A stretch of DNA of 64,000 bases from Candidatus Entotheonellaceae bacterium (GTDB lineage: Bacteria; Tectomicrobia; Entotheonellia; Entotheonellales; Entotheonellaceae): contig OZ250173.1 in the NCBI GenBank assembly GCA_965238075.1, forward strand, positions 1,536,001 through 1,600,000. The letters run 5' to 3'. Position numbers and translations under genes: made by a program. This document shows positions 38,320 to 47,220 of the stretch, piece by piece. Numbering within the stretch: the stretch's first letter is position 1; the number at the start of each line of letters is the position of its first letter. Below the pieces are notes generated by a model that worked only from the letters and a program-made list of their open reading frames with translations, ran no database searches and was not told the DNA's origin.

Positions 38320-39504
38320 TCAGGGGATGACGCACAACTCGCGGCCCACGTCGGCGAAGACCTCCAGGACGTGGTCGAGCTGTGGGGGGGTGTGCGTGGC
38401 GATGACGCTGGTGCGCAGCAGCGCGCCGCCCGGCGCCACGGCTTGGCGGACGGCGGCGTTGGTGAACACGCCGCGCTCGAACAGGGCCTTCCAGAAGCGG
38501 AACGTCAGGCCGTCGTCGCCGAGGATGACCGGGATCACCGGCGTGGCGCTCCTGCCGGTGTTGAAGCCGAGGTCTTGCAAGCCGTTTCGCAGGTGGTGGG
38601 TGTTGCGCCATAGCACCTCGCGGCGTTCGGGTTCCTGCTCGATGATGTCGAGGGCGGCGATGACGGCGGCGACGGTGGCCGGGGCCATGCTGGCGCTGAA
38701 CATCAAGGCGCGGGCGTGGTGCTTGACGTAATCGACGACGTCAAAGTCGGCGGCGATGAAGCCGCCCATGGACGCGAACGATTTGCTGAAGGTGCCGACG
38801 CTGATGTCAACGCTCTGTTCAATGCCGAAGTGCTCGCCGGTGCCGCGGCCGTTGTCGCCCAGGACGCCGATGGCGTGCGCGTCGTCCACCACCAGTACGG
38901 CGCCGTACGACTGGCACAGTTTGGCGACTTCCGGCAGGCTGACGATGCTACCCTCCATGCTGAAGACGCCGTCCACCACCACCATGCGGCCGCAATCGGG
39001 GTCGAGCTGGCTGAGAACACGCTCCAGGTCTGACATGTCGTTGTGGCGGAATTTGAGGGTTTTGCCGAAGGACAGGCGGCAGCCGTCGAAAATGCTGGCG
39101 TGGTCCTGGCGGTCGGTAATGACGTAATCGCCCTTGCCGACGAGGGAAGCGATGGTGCCGAGGTTGGTTTGGTAGCCGGTGCTGAACAGCAGGGCGGCCT
39201 CGCGCTGCATGAATTCGGCCAACCGCTCCTCGGCTTCCACGTGGATGGTTAGCGTGCCGTTGAGGTAGCGCGAGCCGGTGCAGCCAGTGCCGTATTGCTT
39301 CACGGCTTTGACGGCTGCTTCTTTGACTTTGGGATGGTTGGTCAGGCCGAGGTAGTTGTTGGAGCCGACCATGATCATTTTCTTGCCATCGACGACGGCT
39401 TCGGCGCCTTGTTCGGATTCGACCACCTTGAAATAAGGATGCCAGCCCATCTTGCGGGCGATCTTGGCTTCCTCAAAGTTGTAGCATTTTTCAAGAAGGT
39501 TCAT
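38320..39504 (-). CDS. spt: Alpha-oxoamine synthase, serine palmitoyltransferase-like
   Basis: PYF, GSNNYLGL, GTGCTGSRYLNGT, DHAS, DDAH, GTFSKS (PLP Lys; SPT-type rather than the BioF/Kbl GTLGKA). Confidence 0.75.
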   Translation of the reverse strand: MNLLEKCYNFEEAKIARKMGWHPYFKVVESEQGAEAVVDGKKMIMVGSNNYLGLTNHPKVKEAAVKAVKQYGTGCTGSRYLNGTLTIHVEAEERLAEFMQREAALLFSTGYQTNLGTIASLVGKGDYVITDRQDHASIFDGCRLSFGKTLKFRHNDMSDLERVLSQLDPDCGRMVVVDGVFSMEGSIVSLPEVAKLCQSYGAVLVVDDAHAIGVLGDNGRGTGEHFGIEQSVDISVGTFSKSFASMGGFIAADFDVVDYVKHHARALMFSASMAPATVAAVIAALDIIEQEPERREVLWRNTHHLRNGLQDLGFNTGRSATPVIPVILGDDGLTFRFWKALFERGVFTNAAVRQAVAPGGALLRTSVIATHTPPQLDHVLEVFADVGRELCVIP

Positions 39505-39626
39505 GTCTGCTCCATGACAAATCGGTGACCTTGGCGGCGCGTATGATAGGTACTCGGCTTGAGCTTGTCAATTTGCCAAGGTCGGGACCGGTTGATGGCG
39601 ATACTGAATGCAGTATCATATCGGCC

Positions 39627-39859
39627 ATGGCAAGAACGGACAGGCTATTGGAGGCCATGCGGGCCAATTCCAAAGCTGATTGGACGCCCCGGAACGTCAG
39701 AACGGTGGCGCGGGTGCACGGCTTAACCGTGCGTCAGCGTGGAACCAGTCATGCCGTGCTCACCAACGCTCTCGGCCAGCATCTCACGGTCCCCATGCAC
39801 AAACCCATCAAGCCGTATACATCAGACGTTTGGTGGCATTGATTGAGGCAGCGCCATGA
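39627..39859 (+). pseudogene. hicA: HicA-family toxin, frameshifted near the 3' end
   Basis: GTSH, LTVPMHKPIKP; adding one G at ~39815 restores VYIRRLVALIEAAP* with an ATGA overlap to hicB. Confidence 0.8.
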
Positions 39860-40149
39860 GATTTGAAGATTATCCGATCAACATCCACCCCATCCCCGAC
39901 GACGAAGGGGGTGGTTATCTGGTCACCTTTTCCGATTTGCCGGGATGCGTCGCCGACGGCGAGACCATCGATGAGGCTATGGCCGAAGCCCGAGATGCCT
40001 TTGCGGCCTGGACAATGGCCGAACAGGCAGACACGGGCGCATTGCCCCAGCCAAAGACCTATAGCGGTCAGTTCATCTTGCGCGTTTCCAAAACCCTGCA
40101 CATGCAACTCGCCGCAACCCTCCTTGCTCAAGGTTTAGCCGAGCGCTGA
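39856..40149 (+). CDS. hicB: HicB-family antitoxin with a shortened RHH domain
   Basis: EGGGYLVTFSDLPGCVADGETIDEA; YSGQFILRVSKTLH runs straight into QLAATLL. Confidence 0.8.
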   Translation: MRFEDYPINIHPIPDDEGGGYLVTFSDLPGCVADGETIDEAMAEARDAFAAWTMAEQADTGALPQPKTYSGQFILRVSKTLHMQLAATLLAQGLAER

Positions 40150-40162
40150 GAAGGCCCGCCGG

Positions 40163-41479
40163 TTACGTTTTCTTTCCGGCCTCGTAGGCGGCCGCCAACA
40201 ACTCGATGGGATGGACGACGGGGGCGTCAAGCCCGGCGAGGCGAGCGCCGGTGCGGAGTTGCATCATGCAGCCGGGGTTGCCGGTGGCGATGACGTCGGG
40301 CTGGGCAGCGGCGAGGTGCTCCATTTTACGTTCGAGGATGCGGCGCGACATGTCCTGGTGGGTGAAGTTGTAGATACCGGCGGCGCCGCAGCAGAAATCG
40401 GCGTCGGTGACGGGCGCCAGCTCCAGGCCGGGGATTTGTTGCAACAGGTCGCGTGGCTGCTGGCGAATGCGCTGGGCGTGCAGCAGGTGGCAGGGATCGT
40501 CGTAGGCCACACGCTTGGGCACGGCACCCAACGGCCCGCGCAGGGGCTCCTGCGCGAGACATTCCGAAACGTCCTGCACGCGCTCGCTGAAGCGGTGGGC
40601 GCGGTCGGCGAACTGGGGATCGTCGGCCAGCAGTTCGGCATAGTTCTTGAGCTGTGCGCCGCAGCCGGCGGCGTTGTTGACGATGACATCAATGTCCTGC
40701 CGCTCGAACACGGCGATGTTGCGCCGGGCCAGCGCCTTGGCCTGCTCGCGGTCGCCGGCGTGCATGTGCAGGGCGCCGCAGCACACCTGGTCGCGCGGGG
40801 TGCGAACGCCGCAGCCGTTAGCTTGCAGGACCCGCATGGTGGCGTTGTGCACGTCGACGAACAGCCCGTCCATGACGCAGCCGGCGAAGAACCCCACGGT
40901 GCGCGTGGCCGGTTCCTGTCCGGGCACAAATTCCGGCACGCTGCGGCTGAAGGGCCGCGGCGGCAGGTCGGGCAGCATGGCCTCCATGTCCTTGAGGCGC
41001 GCCGGCAGCACACTGAACACGCCCACCGCATGCAGCAGCCGTTGCAAGCCGCTGCGCTGATAGAGGCGCAGCAGGCGAAACAGCCCGCGCAGGCGACGGG
41101 GATGCGGGAACAGCCCGCGAAACACCAGCCAGCGCAGCAATCGCCCGGCCAAGGGGCGCGGCGCCTGCCGCTCGATCTGGCCGCGCGCACGTTCCATCAG
41201 GTCGCCAAACTCCACGTGCGACGGGCAGGCCGTCTCGCAGGCGCGGCAATCGAGGCACAGGTACATGTGCTCGATGAAATTCGGCGTCATGCCCAGGCGC
41301 CCCTCGTCCACCGCCTTGATGAGATACACGCGCCCGCGCGGCGAGTCCATTTCCGTGCCCAGCGTGCGGTAGGTGGGGCACTTGTCCAGACAAAGCCCGC
41401 AATGAATGCACGTGCTGATCTTCTCCTGCTGCGGGCGATCCACCTGATCGAAACCGGGTAACGACGCCTTCACGTTCAC
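40163..41479 (-). CDS. glcF: Glycolate oxidase iron-sulfur subunit
   Basis: CIHCGLC, SPRGR, CLDCRACETACPS, two CCG domains. Confidence 0.9.
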   Translation of the reverse strand: MNVKASLPGFDQVDRPQQEKISTCIHCGLCLDKCPTYRTLGTEMDSPRGRVYLIKAVDEGRLGMTPNFIEHMYLCLDCRACETACPSHVEFGDLMERARGQIERQAPRPLAGRLLRWLVFRGLFPHPRRLRGLFRLLRLYQRSGLQRLLHAVGVFSVLPARLKDMEAMLPDLPPRPFSRSVPEFVPGQEPATRTVGFFAGCVMDGLFVDVHNATMRVLQANGCGVRTPRDQVCCGALHMHAGDREQAKALARRNIAVFERQDIDVIVNNAAGCGAQLKNYAELLADDPQFADRAHRFSERVQDVSECLAQEPLRGPLGAVPKRVAYDDPCHLLHAQRIRQQPRDLLQQIPGLELAPVTDADFCCGAAGIYNFTHQDMSRRILERKMEHLAAAQPDVIATGNPGCMMQLRTGARLAGLDAPVVHPIELLAAAYEAGKKT

Positions 41480-41482
41480 GTC

Positions 41483-42823
41483 TTACAGTCCTCCTATGAA
41501 ACGCCCGGGATTGAGCCGGCGCTTGGGGTCATACGACGCCTTGAGCGCCTGCATGACGGCAAAGTTGTCGCCCACCGGCCCCCACACCTCGCAGTGCCGC
41601 TTGACGGCTGCCGGCGCCCGCTCGATGACCCGATGGCCGTTGAGACGTGCGACGCGGATGTCGAGGGCGCGTATCTGAGCGAGCAGCAAGTTTTCCGTAC
41701 CGGCGGCGGAAATCTGAACGGATACGATGCCGTTGCCGGCATGGGCGTGCAGCAGCCAGGGCGGGTCGGAAGGCACGCCCTCGACAGCGGCGCAGAAGGC
41801 GGCGAGGTCGGTGATGCGCAGACTGACTTTGGTGGTTATATGGTCAGGCAGGAATGCCTGACTCCCCATGCAGGACCACAGGCGTTGCTGCGCCTCGGGC
41901 GGCCAGTTGTGCGTGGTGGCGGGCGCGCTGAACGACAGCCCGTGCAGGGCCTCTTCGATGCGCTGTTTCTGGCTGTCGGTCACCGCCGCGTCGCCTTCCA
42001 GCCGTGCCAGGAACAGATACGGAGAAGACGGCATAGCCACGCCGCTGCTGTTCTGCAGCATCGCCAGCGCCGTGCTGTTCAGCAATTCCAGGCTGTTGAG
42101 ACGCAAGGGCAACCGCATGAGGGTGTTCAGCAGCGGCTGCATGTCGGCGTGGCCGGCGCAGGCAATTCCCAGGGTCTGCTCGCCGGGCGGCAGGGGGTGA
42201 ACCTTGCAGGTGAGTTCAACGATCACGGCCAACGTACCCAGCGAACCGATGTACAGCTTGACCAGATCGTAACCGGTGACGTTCTTGACCACGCGCCCGC
42301 CCGCCTTGCTGCGGGTGCCGTCGGCGGTGACGACGCTGATGCCGAGCACCGCGTCGCGCGCCGTGCCGTACAGCAGGCGCCGCGGCCCGCTGGCGTTGGT
42401 GGCGATCACCCCGCCGATCGTGGTTGCCGCGGTGGCCGGCGGATCTAGCGCCAAGAACTGGCCCTGCGCCTTCAAAACGCCCTGCAATTCGCCCAGCGGC
42501 ATGCCCGCCTGCACGGTCGTGGTCATGTCGCCGGGTTCATAGGCCAATTGGTGCCGCAGCCGCTCGACGCTCAGCACCACATCCACGCGCTCCGGCGTCC
42601 CGCCCAGCGGCACGTGACTGCCCCCACCGCGCGGAAACACCGTGGCGCCGTGCTCGTCGGCCAGGCGCAAGACATCGGCGACCTGGGCCTCATCTTCGGG
42701 GAGAGCGACGAGACCGGGCAGCACGTCGTCCACGGCGTAGGGGGCCGCGGCGGCGTCCGTGAGCAGGTGATTTTCGCCCACCACGGATTGCAGGGCGGTT
42801 ACCAAAGCGTCAAGCGCGGACAT
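41483..42823 (-). CDS. glcE: Glycolate oxidase FAD-binding subunit
   Basis: LALDPP, GPRRLLYG, GGRVVKNVTGYD, LNPGRF. Confidence 0.88.
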   Translation of the reverse strand: MSALDALVTALQSVVGENHLLTDAAAAPYAVDDVLPGLVALPEDEAQVADVLRLADEHGATVFPRGGGSHVPLGGTPERVDVVLSVERLRHQLAYEPGDMTTTVQAGMPLGELQGVLKAQGQFLALDPPATAATTIGGVIATNASGPRRLLYGTARDAVLGISVVTADGTRSKAGGRVVKNVTGYDLVKLYIGSLGTLAVIVELTCKVHPLPPGEQTLGIACAGHADMQPLLNTLMRLPLRLNSLELLNSTALAMLQNSSGVAMPSSPYLFLARLEGDAAVTDSQKQRIEEALHGLSFSAPATTHNWPPEAQQRLWSCMGSQAFLPDHITTKVSLRITDLAAFCAAVEGVPSDPPWLLHAHAGNGIVSVQISAAGTENLLLAQIRALDIRVARLNGHRVIERAPAAVKRHCEVWGPVGDNFAVMQALKASYDPKRRLNPGRFIGGL

Positions 42824-44288
42824 GGGCTTCCTGCATCGCCGTGGCCACCGCCTCGCGGGTTTCCTGGTCGGGCGTGTCGTCGCCGGTGACCGCGCCACAA
42901 CGGCAGCGGCCGCGCAGCGGGATGACCTTGCTGGGGTTGCACAACTCCTGCGGGTTGAACACCTGACGCACGCGGCGCATGACGTCGAGGTCGGCCTCGC
43001 TGAACAGCCACGGCATGCAGTTCTTCTTCTCCAGGCCGATGCCGTGCTCGCCGCTCAGTACGCCGCCGAGATCGACGCAGGCCTGCAGGATGTCGTGCCC
43101 GGCCTTGAGGACGCGCTCGACCTCCTCGCTGTCGCGTTCGTCGTACAGCACCAGCGGGTGCAGGTTGCCGTCGCCGGCGTGAAAGACGTTGGCGATGCGC
43201 AAACCGTACCGGTGGCTGATGGCTTGCAGGCGCGTCAGGGCTTCGGGCAAGCGGGTACGGGGGATGACGCCGTCGTGGGTGTAGTAGTTGGGCGTCAGGC
43301 GTCCGATGGCACCGAACGCCTCCTTGCGGCCCTTCCACAGCAGGGCGCGCTCAGCGTCGTCCTGAGCGACACGCACGGCCTGACAATCGTTCTGCTGGCA
43401 GATGTCGGAAATGCGCTGCGCGTCGGTTTCCATGCCGTCCTCGATGCCGTCGAGCTCGATGAGCAGAAGGGCGCCGGCGTCCAGCGGCAGGCCGGCCTGG
43501 ATGGCGGCTTCCACCGCCTGGATGGTCAGATTGTCCATCATTTCCAGGGCGGCGGGAATGATGCCGGCGCCAATGATGCCGCTCACCGCGTTGCTGGCCG
43601 CCTCGACGGTTTCGAAGAAGGCCAGCAGCGTTTTGACCGCCTGCGGCTTGCGCATAATTCGCACGGTGACGCTGGTGATGATGCCGAAAGTGCCTTCGGA
43701 GCCGACGAACAGGCCGGTGAGGTCATAGCCGGGGGTGTCGAGAACCGCGCCGCCGAAATGCACCAGGTCGCCGTTTGGCAGCACGACTTCCAGGCCCAGC
43801 ACGTGGTTGGTGGTGACGCCGTACTTGAGGGTGTGCGGGCCGCCGGAGTTTTCCGCCACGTTGCCGCCGATGGTGCACGAACCCTGGCTCGACGGGTCCG
43901 GCGCGTAGTAGAAGCCGGCGTCGGACACGGCCAGCGACAGGTGCAGGTTCACCAGGCCCGGCTGCACCACGGCGCGCTGGTTGCCGTAATCGATTTCCAG
44001 GATTTTGTTCATGCGGCACATCTCGATGACGATGCCGCCCTCGAGCGCCAGGGCGCCGCCGCTCAGCCCGGTGCCGGCGCCGCGCGCCACGAACGGGATG
44101 TCGTGCCGACTGGCCAGCTTGACGATGTCCATCACCTGCTCGGTGTTGGTCGGGAAGACGACCACGTCGGGCGGCGCTTTGTCGAGCGTATGGCCATCGC
44201 ACTCGTACACCAGCATGTCCTCCGGCAGGGTCAGCAACGGCTGCGGCGCGACGATGGCGGCGAGTTCCTGTAAAACCGATTGTTCCAT
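42810..44288 (-). CDS. glcD: Glycolate oxidase FAD-linked subunit
   Basis: RGAGTGLSGG, YAPDPSSQ, HAGDGNLHP, GEHGIG. Confidence 0.92.
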   Translation of the reverse strand: MEQSVLQELAAIVAPQPLLTLPEDMLVYECDGHTLDKAPPDVVVFPTNTEQVMDIVKLASRHDIPFVARGAGTGLSGGALALEGGIVIEMCRMNKILEIDYGNQRAVVQPGLVNLHLSLAVSDAGFYYAPDPSSQGSCTIGGNVAENSGGPHTLKYGVTTNHVLGLEVVLPNGDLVHFGGAVLDTPGYDLTGLFVGSEGTFGIITSVTVRIMRKPQAVKTLLAFFETVEAASNAVSGIIGAGIIPAALEMMDNLTIQAVEAAIQAGLPLDAGALLLIELDGIEDGMETDAQRISDICQQNDCQAVRVAQDDAERALLWKGRKEAFGAIGRLTPNYYTHDGVIPRTRLPEALTRLQAISHRYGLRIANVFHAGDGNLHPLVLYDERDSEEVERVLKAGHDILQACVDLGGVLSGEHGIGLEKKNCMPWLFSEADLDVMRRVRQVFNPQELCNPSKVIPLRGRCRCGAVTGDDTPDQETREAVATAMQEAHVRA

Positions 44289-44480
44289 GGCGTATCTCCC
44301 TGCCAAATGCCGCAGGGCGGCTGGGTTGGAAGGCTCCGTGGCTGCAAGGAGTGCAATCATAGGATAGAAGGGGGTGAAGGGTCAATTGCGACGCCGGCTT
44401 CGTTGCCACGCGCCGCGGGGCTGTGTCATGATTCAGCGTTCACCCGATGTTCCCAGATTTCAGAAGGCGGAGAATTCACC

Positions 44481-46262
44481 ATGCGCATGAGCCGATTGTT
44501 CAGCCAGACGCTGCGAGACGTGCCCGGCGAAGCCGAGCTGCCGAGTCATCAACTGCTGCTCAAGGCCGGTCTGGTGCGACCCCTGTCGGCGGGCAGCTAC
44601 AGCTATTTGCCCCTGGCGCGCCGGGCCCTCACGAAGATCGAGAACATCATCCGCGACGAGATCGATGCCATCGGCGGCCAGGAGATCACCATGCCGGTGG
44701 TGCATCCGGCGTCGCTGTGGCAGGAGACGGGGCGGTGGTATCAAGTCGGGCCGGAAATGGCACGGTTCAAGGACCGGGCCGAACGCGACATGGTACTGGG
44801 CATGACGCATGAGGAAGTGATCGCCGATCTGGTGCGGCAGGAGGTGCGCTCGTACCGACAGTTACCGTGCCTGCTGTACCAGATCCAGACGAAGTACCGC
44901 GACGAGCCGCGGGCGCGCGGCGGGCTGATTCGCGTGCGCGAGTTCACCATGAAGGACAGCTACAGCCTGGATGCCGACTGGGAGGGCCTGGACGCGCAGT
45001 ACCGGGCGCATTATCAAGCGTACTTCAACATTTTCCAGCGCTGTCACCTGCCGGTGATCGCGGTGCGCTCGGACGTGGGCATGATGGGCGGCCAGATGGC
45101 GCACGAATACATGTATCTCAATCCCATCGGCGAGGACACTCTGGTGCTGTGCGACGGCTGCGGCTACGCGGCGAATCGTCAGGTGGCGGCGGTGCGGCTG
45201 CCGGCGGCCGAGGCGGAGGAGGCGTTGCCGAGCGAGGCGGTGGCAACACCGGACACGGCGACAATCCAAGCTCTGGCCGAGCTTCTGCAAGTGCCGACGG
45301 CCCGCACCGCCAAGGCCGTTTTCTTCATGGCTACGATTGCCGGCGGGGAAGCCGGGGAAGACCGGGAGCGGTTCGTGTTTGCCGTGGTGCGCGGCGACAG
45401 CGAGCTGAACGAGACGAAGCTCACAAACGCCATCGGCGCGCGCGACCTGCGGCCGGCGCGCGAGGAGGAGATTCGCGCCGTTGGGGCGGAGCCGGGATAC
45501 GCCTCGCCGGTCGGGCTGCGGGGGGACGACGTGCTGGTGGTGGTGGACGAGTTGATCCCCCAGTCGCCCAACCTGGTCGCCGGCGCCAACAAGCCCGGCT
45601 ATCACCTGCGGCACACCAACTACGGACGCGACTACACCGCCGAGCACGTGGCGGACCTCGTGCTGGCGCGCGATGGTGGCGCCTGCGCACAGTGTGGCGG
45701 GACGCTGCGCACCTCGCGCGGCGTCGAGGTTGGCAACATTTTCAAGCTGGGAACGCGCTACACCGAGGCGCTGGGGGCCGTGTTCCTGGACAGCGACGGC
45801 AGCAGCAAGCCGGTCATCATGGGCTCGTACGGCATCGGCAGCGGGCGGCTGTTGTCCTGCGTCATCGAGGAACACCATGACGAGCGCGGCATCCGATTCC
45901 CGATCAGCGTGGCGCCGTACCACGTGTCGTGCGTGGCGCTGTTGCAACGGGCGCCGGAAGTCGCTGAGGCCGCGGAAAGACTGTACCAAGAGGCATGGTC
46001 GCAAGGTGTGGAGATGCTGCTGGACGACCGCGACGCCACGCCGGGCGTGAAATTCAACGATGCGGACCTCATTGGCCTGCCGCTGCGCCTCACCCTCGGG
46101 GCACGCTCGCTGCGCCAGGGCGGCGCGGAACTGAAACTGCGCAACAGCGAGGAGAGCCGCATCGTGCCGCTGGACCAAGTGGTGCCCACGCTGCGGGCTG
46201 AGGTGGACCGCCTGCTGGCGGAAAGCCGGGGGCGGGTGTCAACGGTGCCGTATGCGGATTAG
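44481..46262 (+). CDS. proS: Prolyl-tRNA synthetase (bacterial type with INS editing domain)
   Basis: MRMS, SHQLLLKAG, THEE, RDEPRARGGLIRVREF, EVGNIFKLG, MGSYGIG, GVKFNDADLIG. Confidence 0.97.
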   Translation: MRMSRLFSQTLRDVPGEAELPSHQLLLKAGLVRPLSAGSYSYLPLARRALTKIENIIRDEIDAIGGQEITMPVVHPASLWQETGRWYQVGPEMARFKDRAERDMVLGMTHEEVIADLVRQEVRSYRQLPCLLYQIQTKYRDEPRARGGLIRVREFTMKDSYSLDADWEGLDAQYRAHYQAYFNIFQRCHLPVIAVRSDVGMMGGQMAHEYMYLNPIGEDTLVLCDGCGYAANRQVAAVRLPAAEAEEALPSEAVATPDTATIQALAELLQVPTARTAKAVFFMATIAGGEAGEDRERFVFAVVRGDSELNETKLTNAIGARDLRPAREEEIRAVGAEPGYASPVGLRGDDVLVVVDELIPQSPNLVAGANKPGYHLRHTNYGRDYTAEHVADLVLARDGGACAQCGGTLRTSRGVEVGNIFKLGTRYTEALGAVFLDSDGSSKPVIMGSYGIGSGRLLSCVIEEHHDERGIRFPISVAPYHVSCVALLQRAPEVAEAAERLYQEAWSQGVEMLLDDRDATPGVKFNDADLIGLPLRLTLGARSLRQGGAELKLRNSEESRIVPLDQVVPTLRAEVDRLLAESRGRVSTVPYAD

Positions 46263-46346
46263 GGAAGGGCTGAACAATCCGCCACAATGCCGATATTGTC
46301 CTATTGTTCATTACCATGAACATAGCCTGCGCAACGCCCCCGACCG

Positions 46347-46641
46347 TCGTAGGAGCACCCCTTGTGGGTGCCCATGGTCCCGTGCAGGCGGGCATCCACA
46401 GGGCGGGCACGAGGCCCGCCTGGGGGAAACATGTAACCCCCCAACCCCCCTTGTCAGGGGGACGGCGGTCGCTCCGGGAGCCATTTTCAGGGCTCCTGAT
46501 GTGGCCTTGGCGAGGCCATAGGAAATTCCCATGAAAATAGGCCGCCCAAAGCCCACATAATCATCATTCCGGCGAAAGCCGGAACCCAGCGACCGTTGTA
46601 CGATCAAAAATCTTCTGGAGCCCGGCTTCCGCCGGGGTGAC
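46347..46641. repeat. Mosaic of four repeat families between convergent genes
   Basis: GTAG-type gtaggagcaccccttgtgggtgccc (~46349), family B (46436), attttcaggg...cccatgaaaat mini-element (46480-46542), family C pair (46563-46641). Confidence 0.75.
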
Positions 46642-46692
46642 GGGCGTTTGTCAGGCAGGCGATGAGAAGCGGCGGGCTGAATCGGACTTTCC

Positions 46693-47220
46693 TTAGCGCG
46701 TTGGCTCGTTCTCGGGTTCGACGGGGCGCTGGCGGCGCAGGTAGTCGTTGAATGTCCGTTGCAGGTCCGACGGCAGCAGGTCGTCGACGCCTTCCAGGCC
46801 GAGGGTGTGTTCGAATTTGACCAGCGCTTCCTCATGCTTGCCGAGGCGGGCCAAAGCGGCCCCCCAGTTGTAGAGGGCAGCGACGTTGTCCGGTTCCAGT
46901 GCCAGGACCTGCTGGAAATGGCCCAGGGCTTCCAGCGGCCGGCCGCCGCGCGACAGGCTGGCGCCCCAGTTAATCCTGGCCTTCAGGCGCTGCGGGTCGG
47001 CGTTGGCAACGCGGGCGAAATGCCCGGCGGCTTCGTCGTAGCGCCCGGCCAGATAAGCCGCCCGGCCGTCCTGATAAACCTGCTCCAGTTGCTCCGCATC
47101 CTGCACGTTGAGCGGTACTGGCTGCTCGTCCTTGGATGCGCAGGCCGCCAGCATCGCCACAAGGGCCAGGAGCGCGGCCCATTTCGCACACCAACCCGTT
47201 CTTGCACCTCCCCTACACAT
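46693..47220 (-). CDS. TPR-repeat lipoprotein
   Basis: Lipobox LAAC after a hydrophobic stretch; about three TPRs (ARINWGASL, ALYNWGAAL); start uncertain. Confidence 0.75.
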   Translation of the reverse strand: MCRGGARTGWCAKWAALLALVAMLAACASKDEQPVPLNVQDAEQLEQVYQDGRAAYLAGRYDEAAGHFARVANADPQRLKARINWGASLSRGGRPLEALGHFQQVLALEPDNVAALYNWGAALARLGKHEEALVKFEHTLGLEGVDDLLPSDLQRTFNDYLRRQRPVEPENEPTR

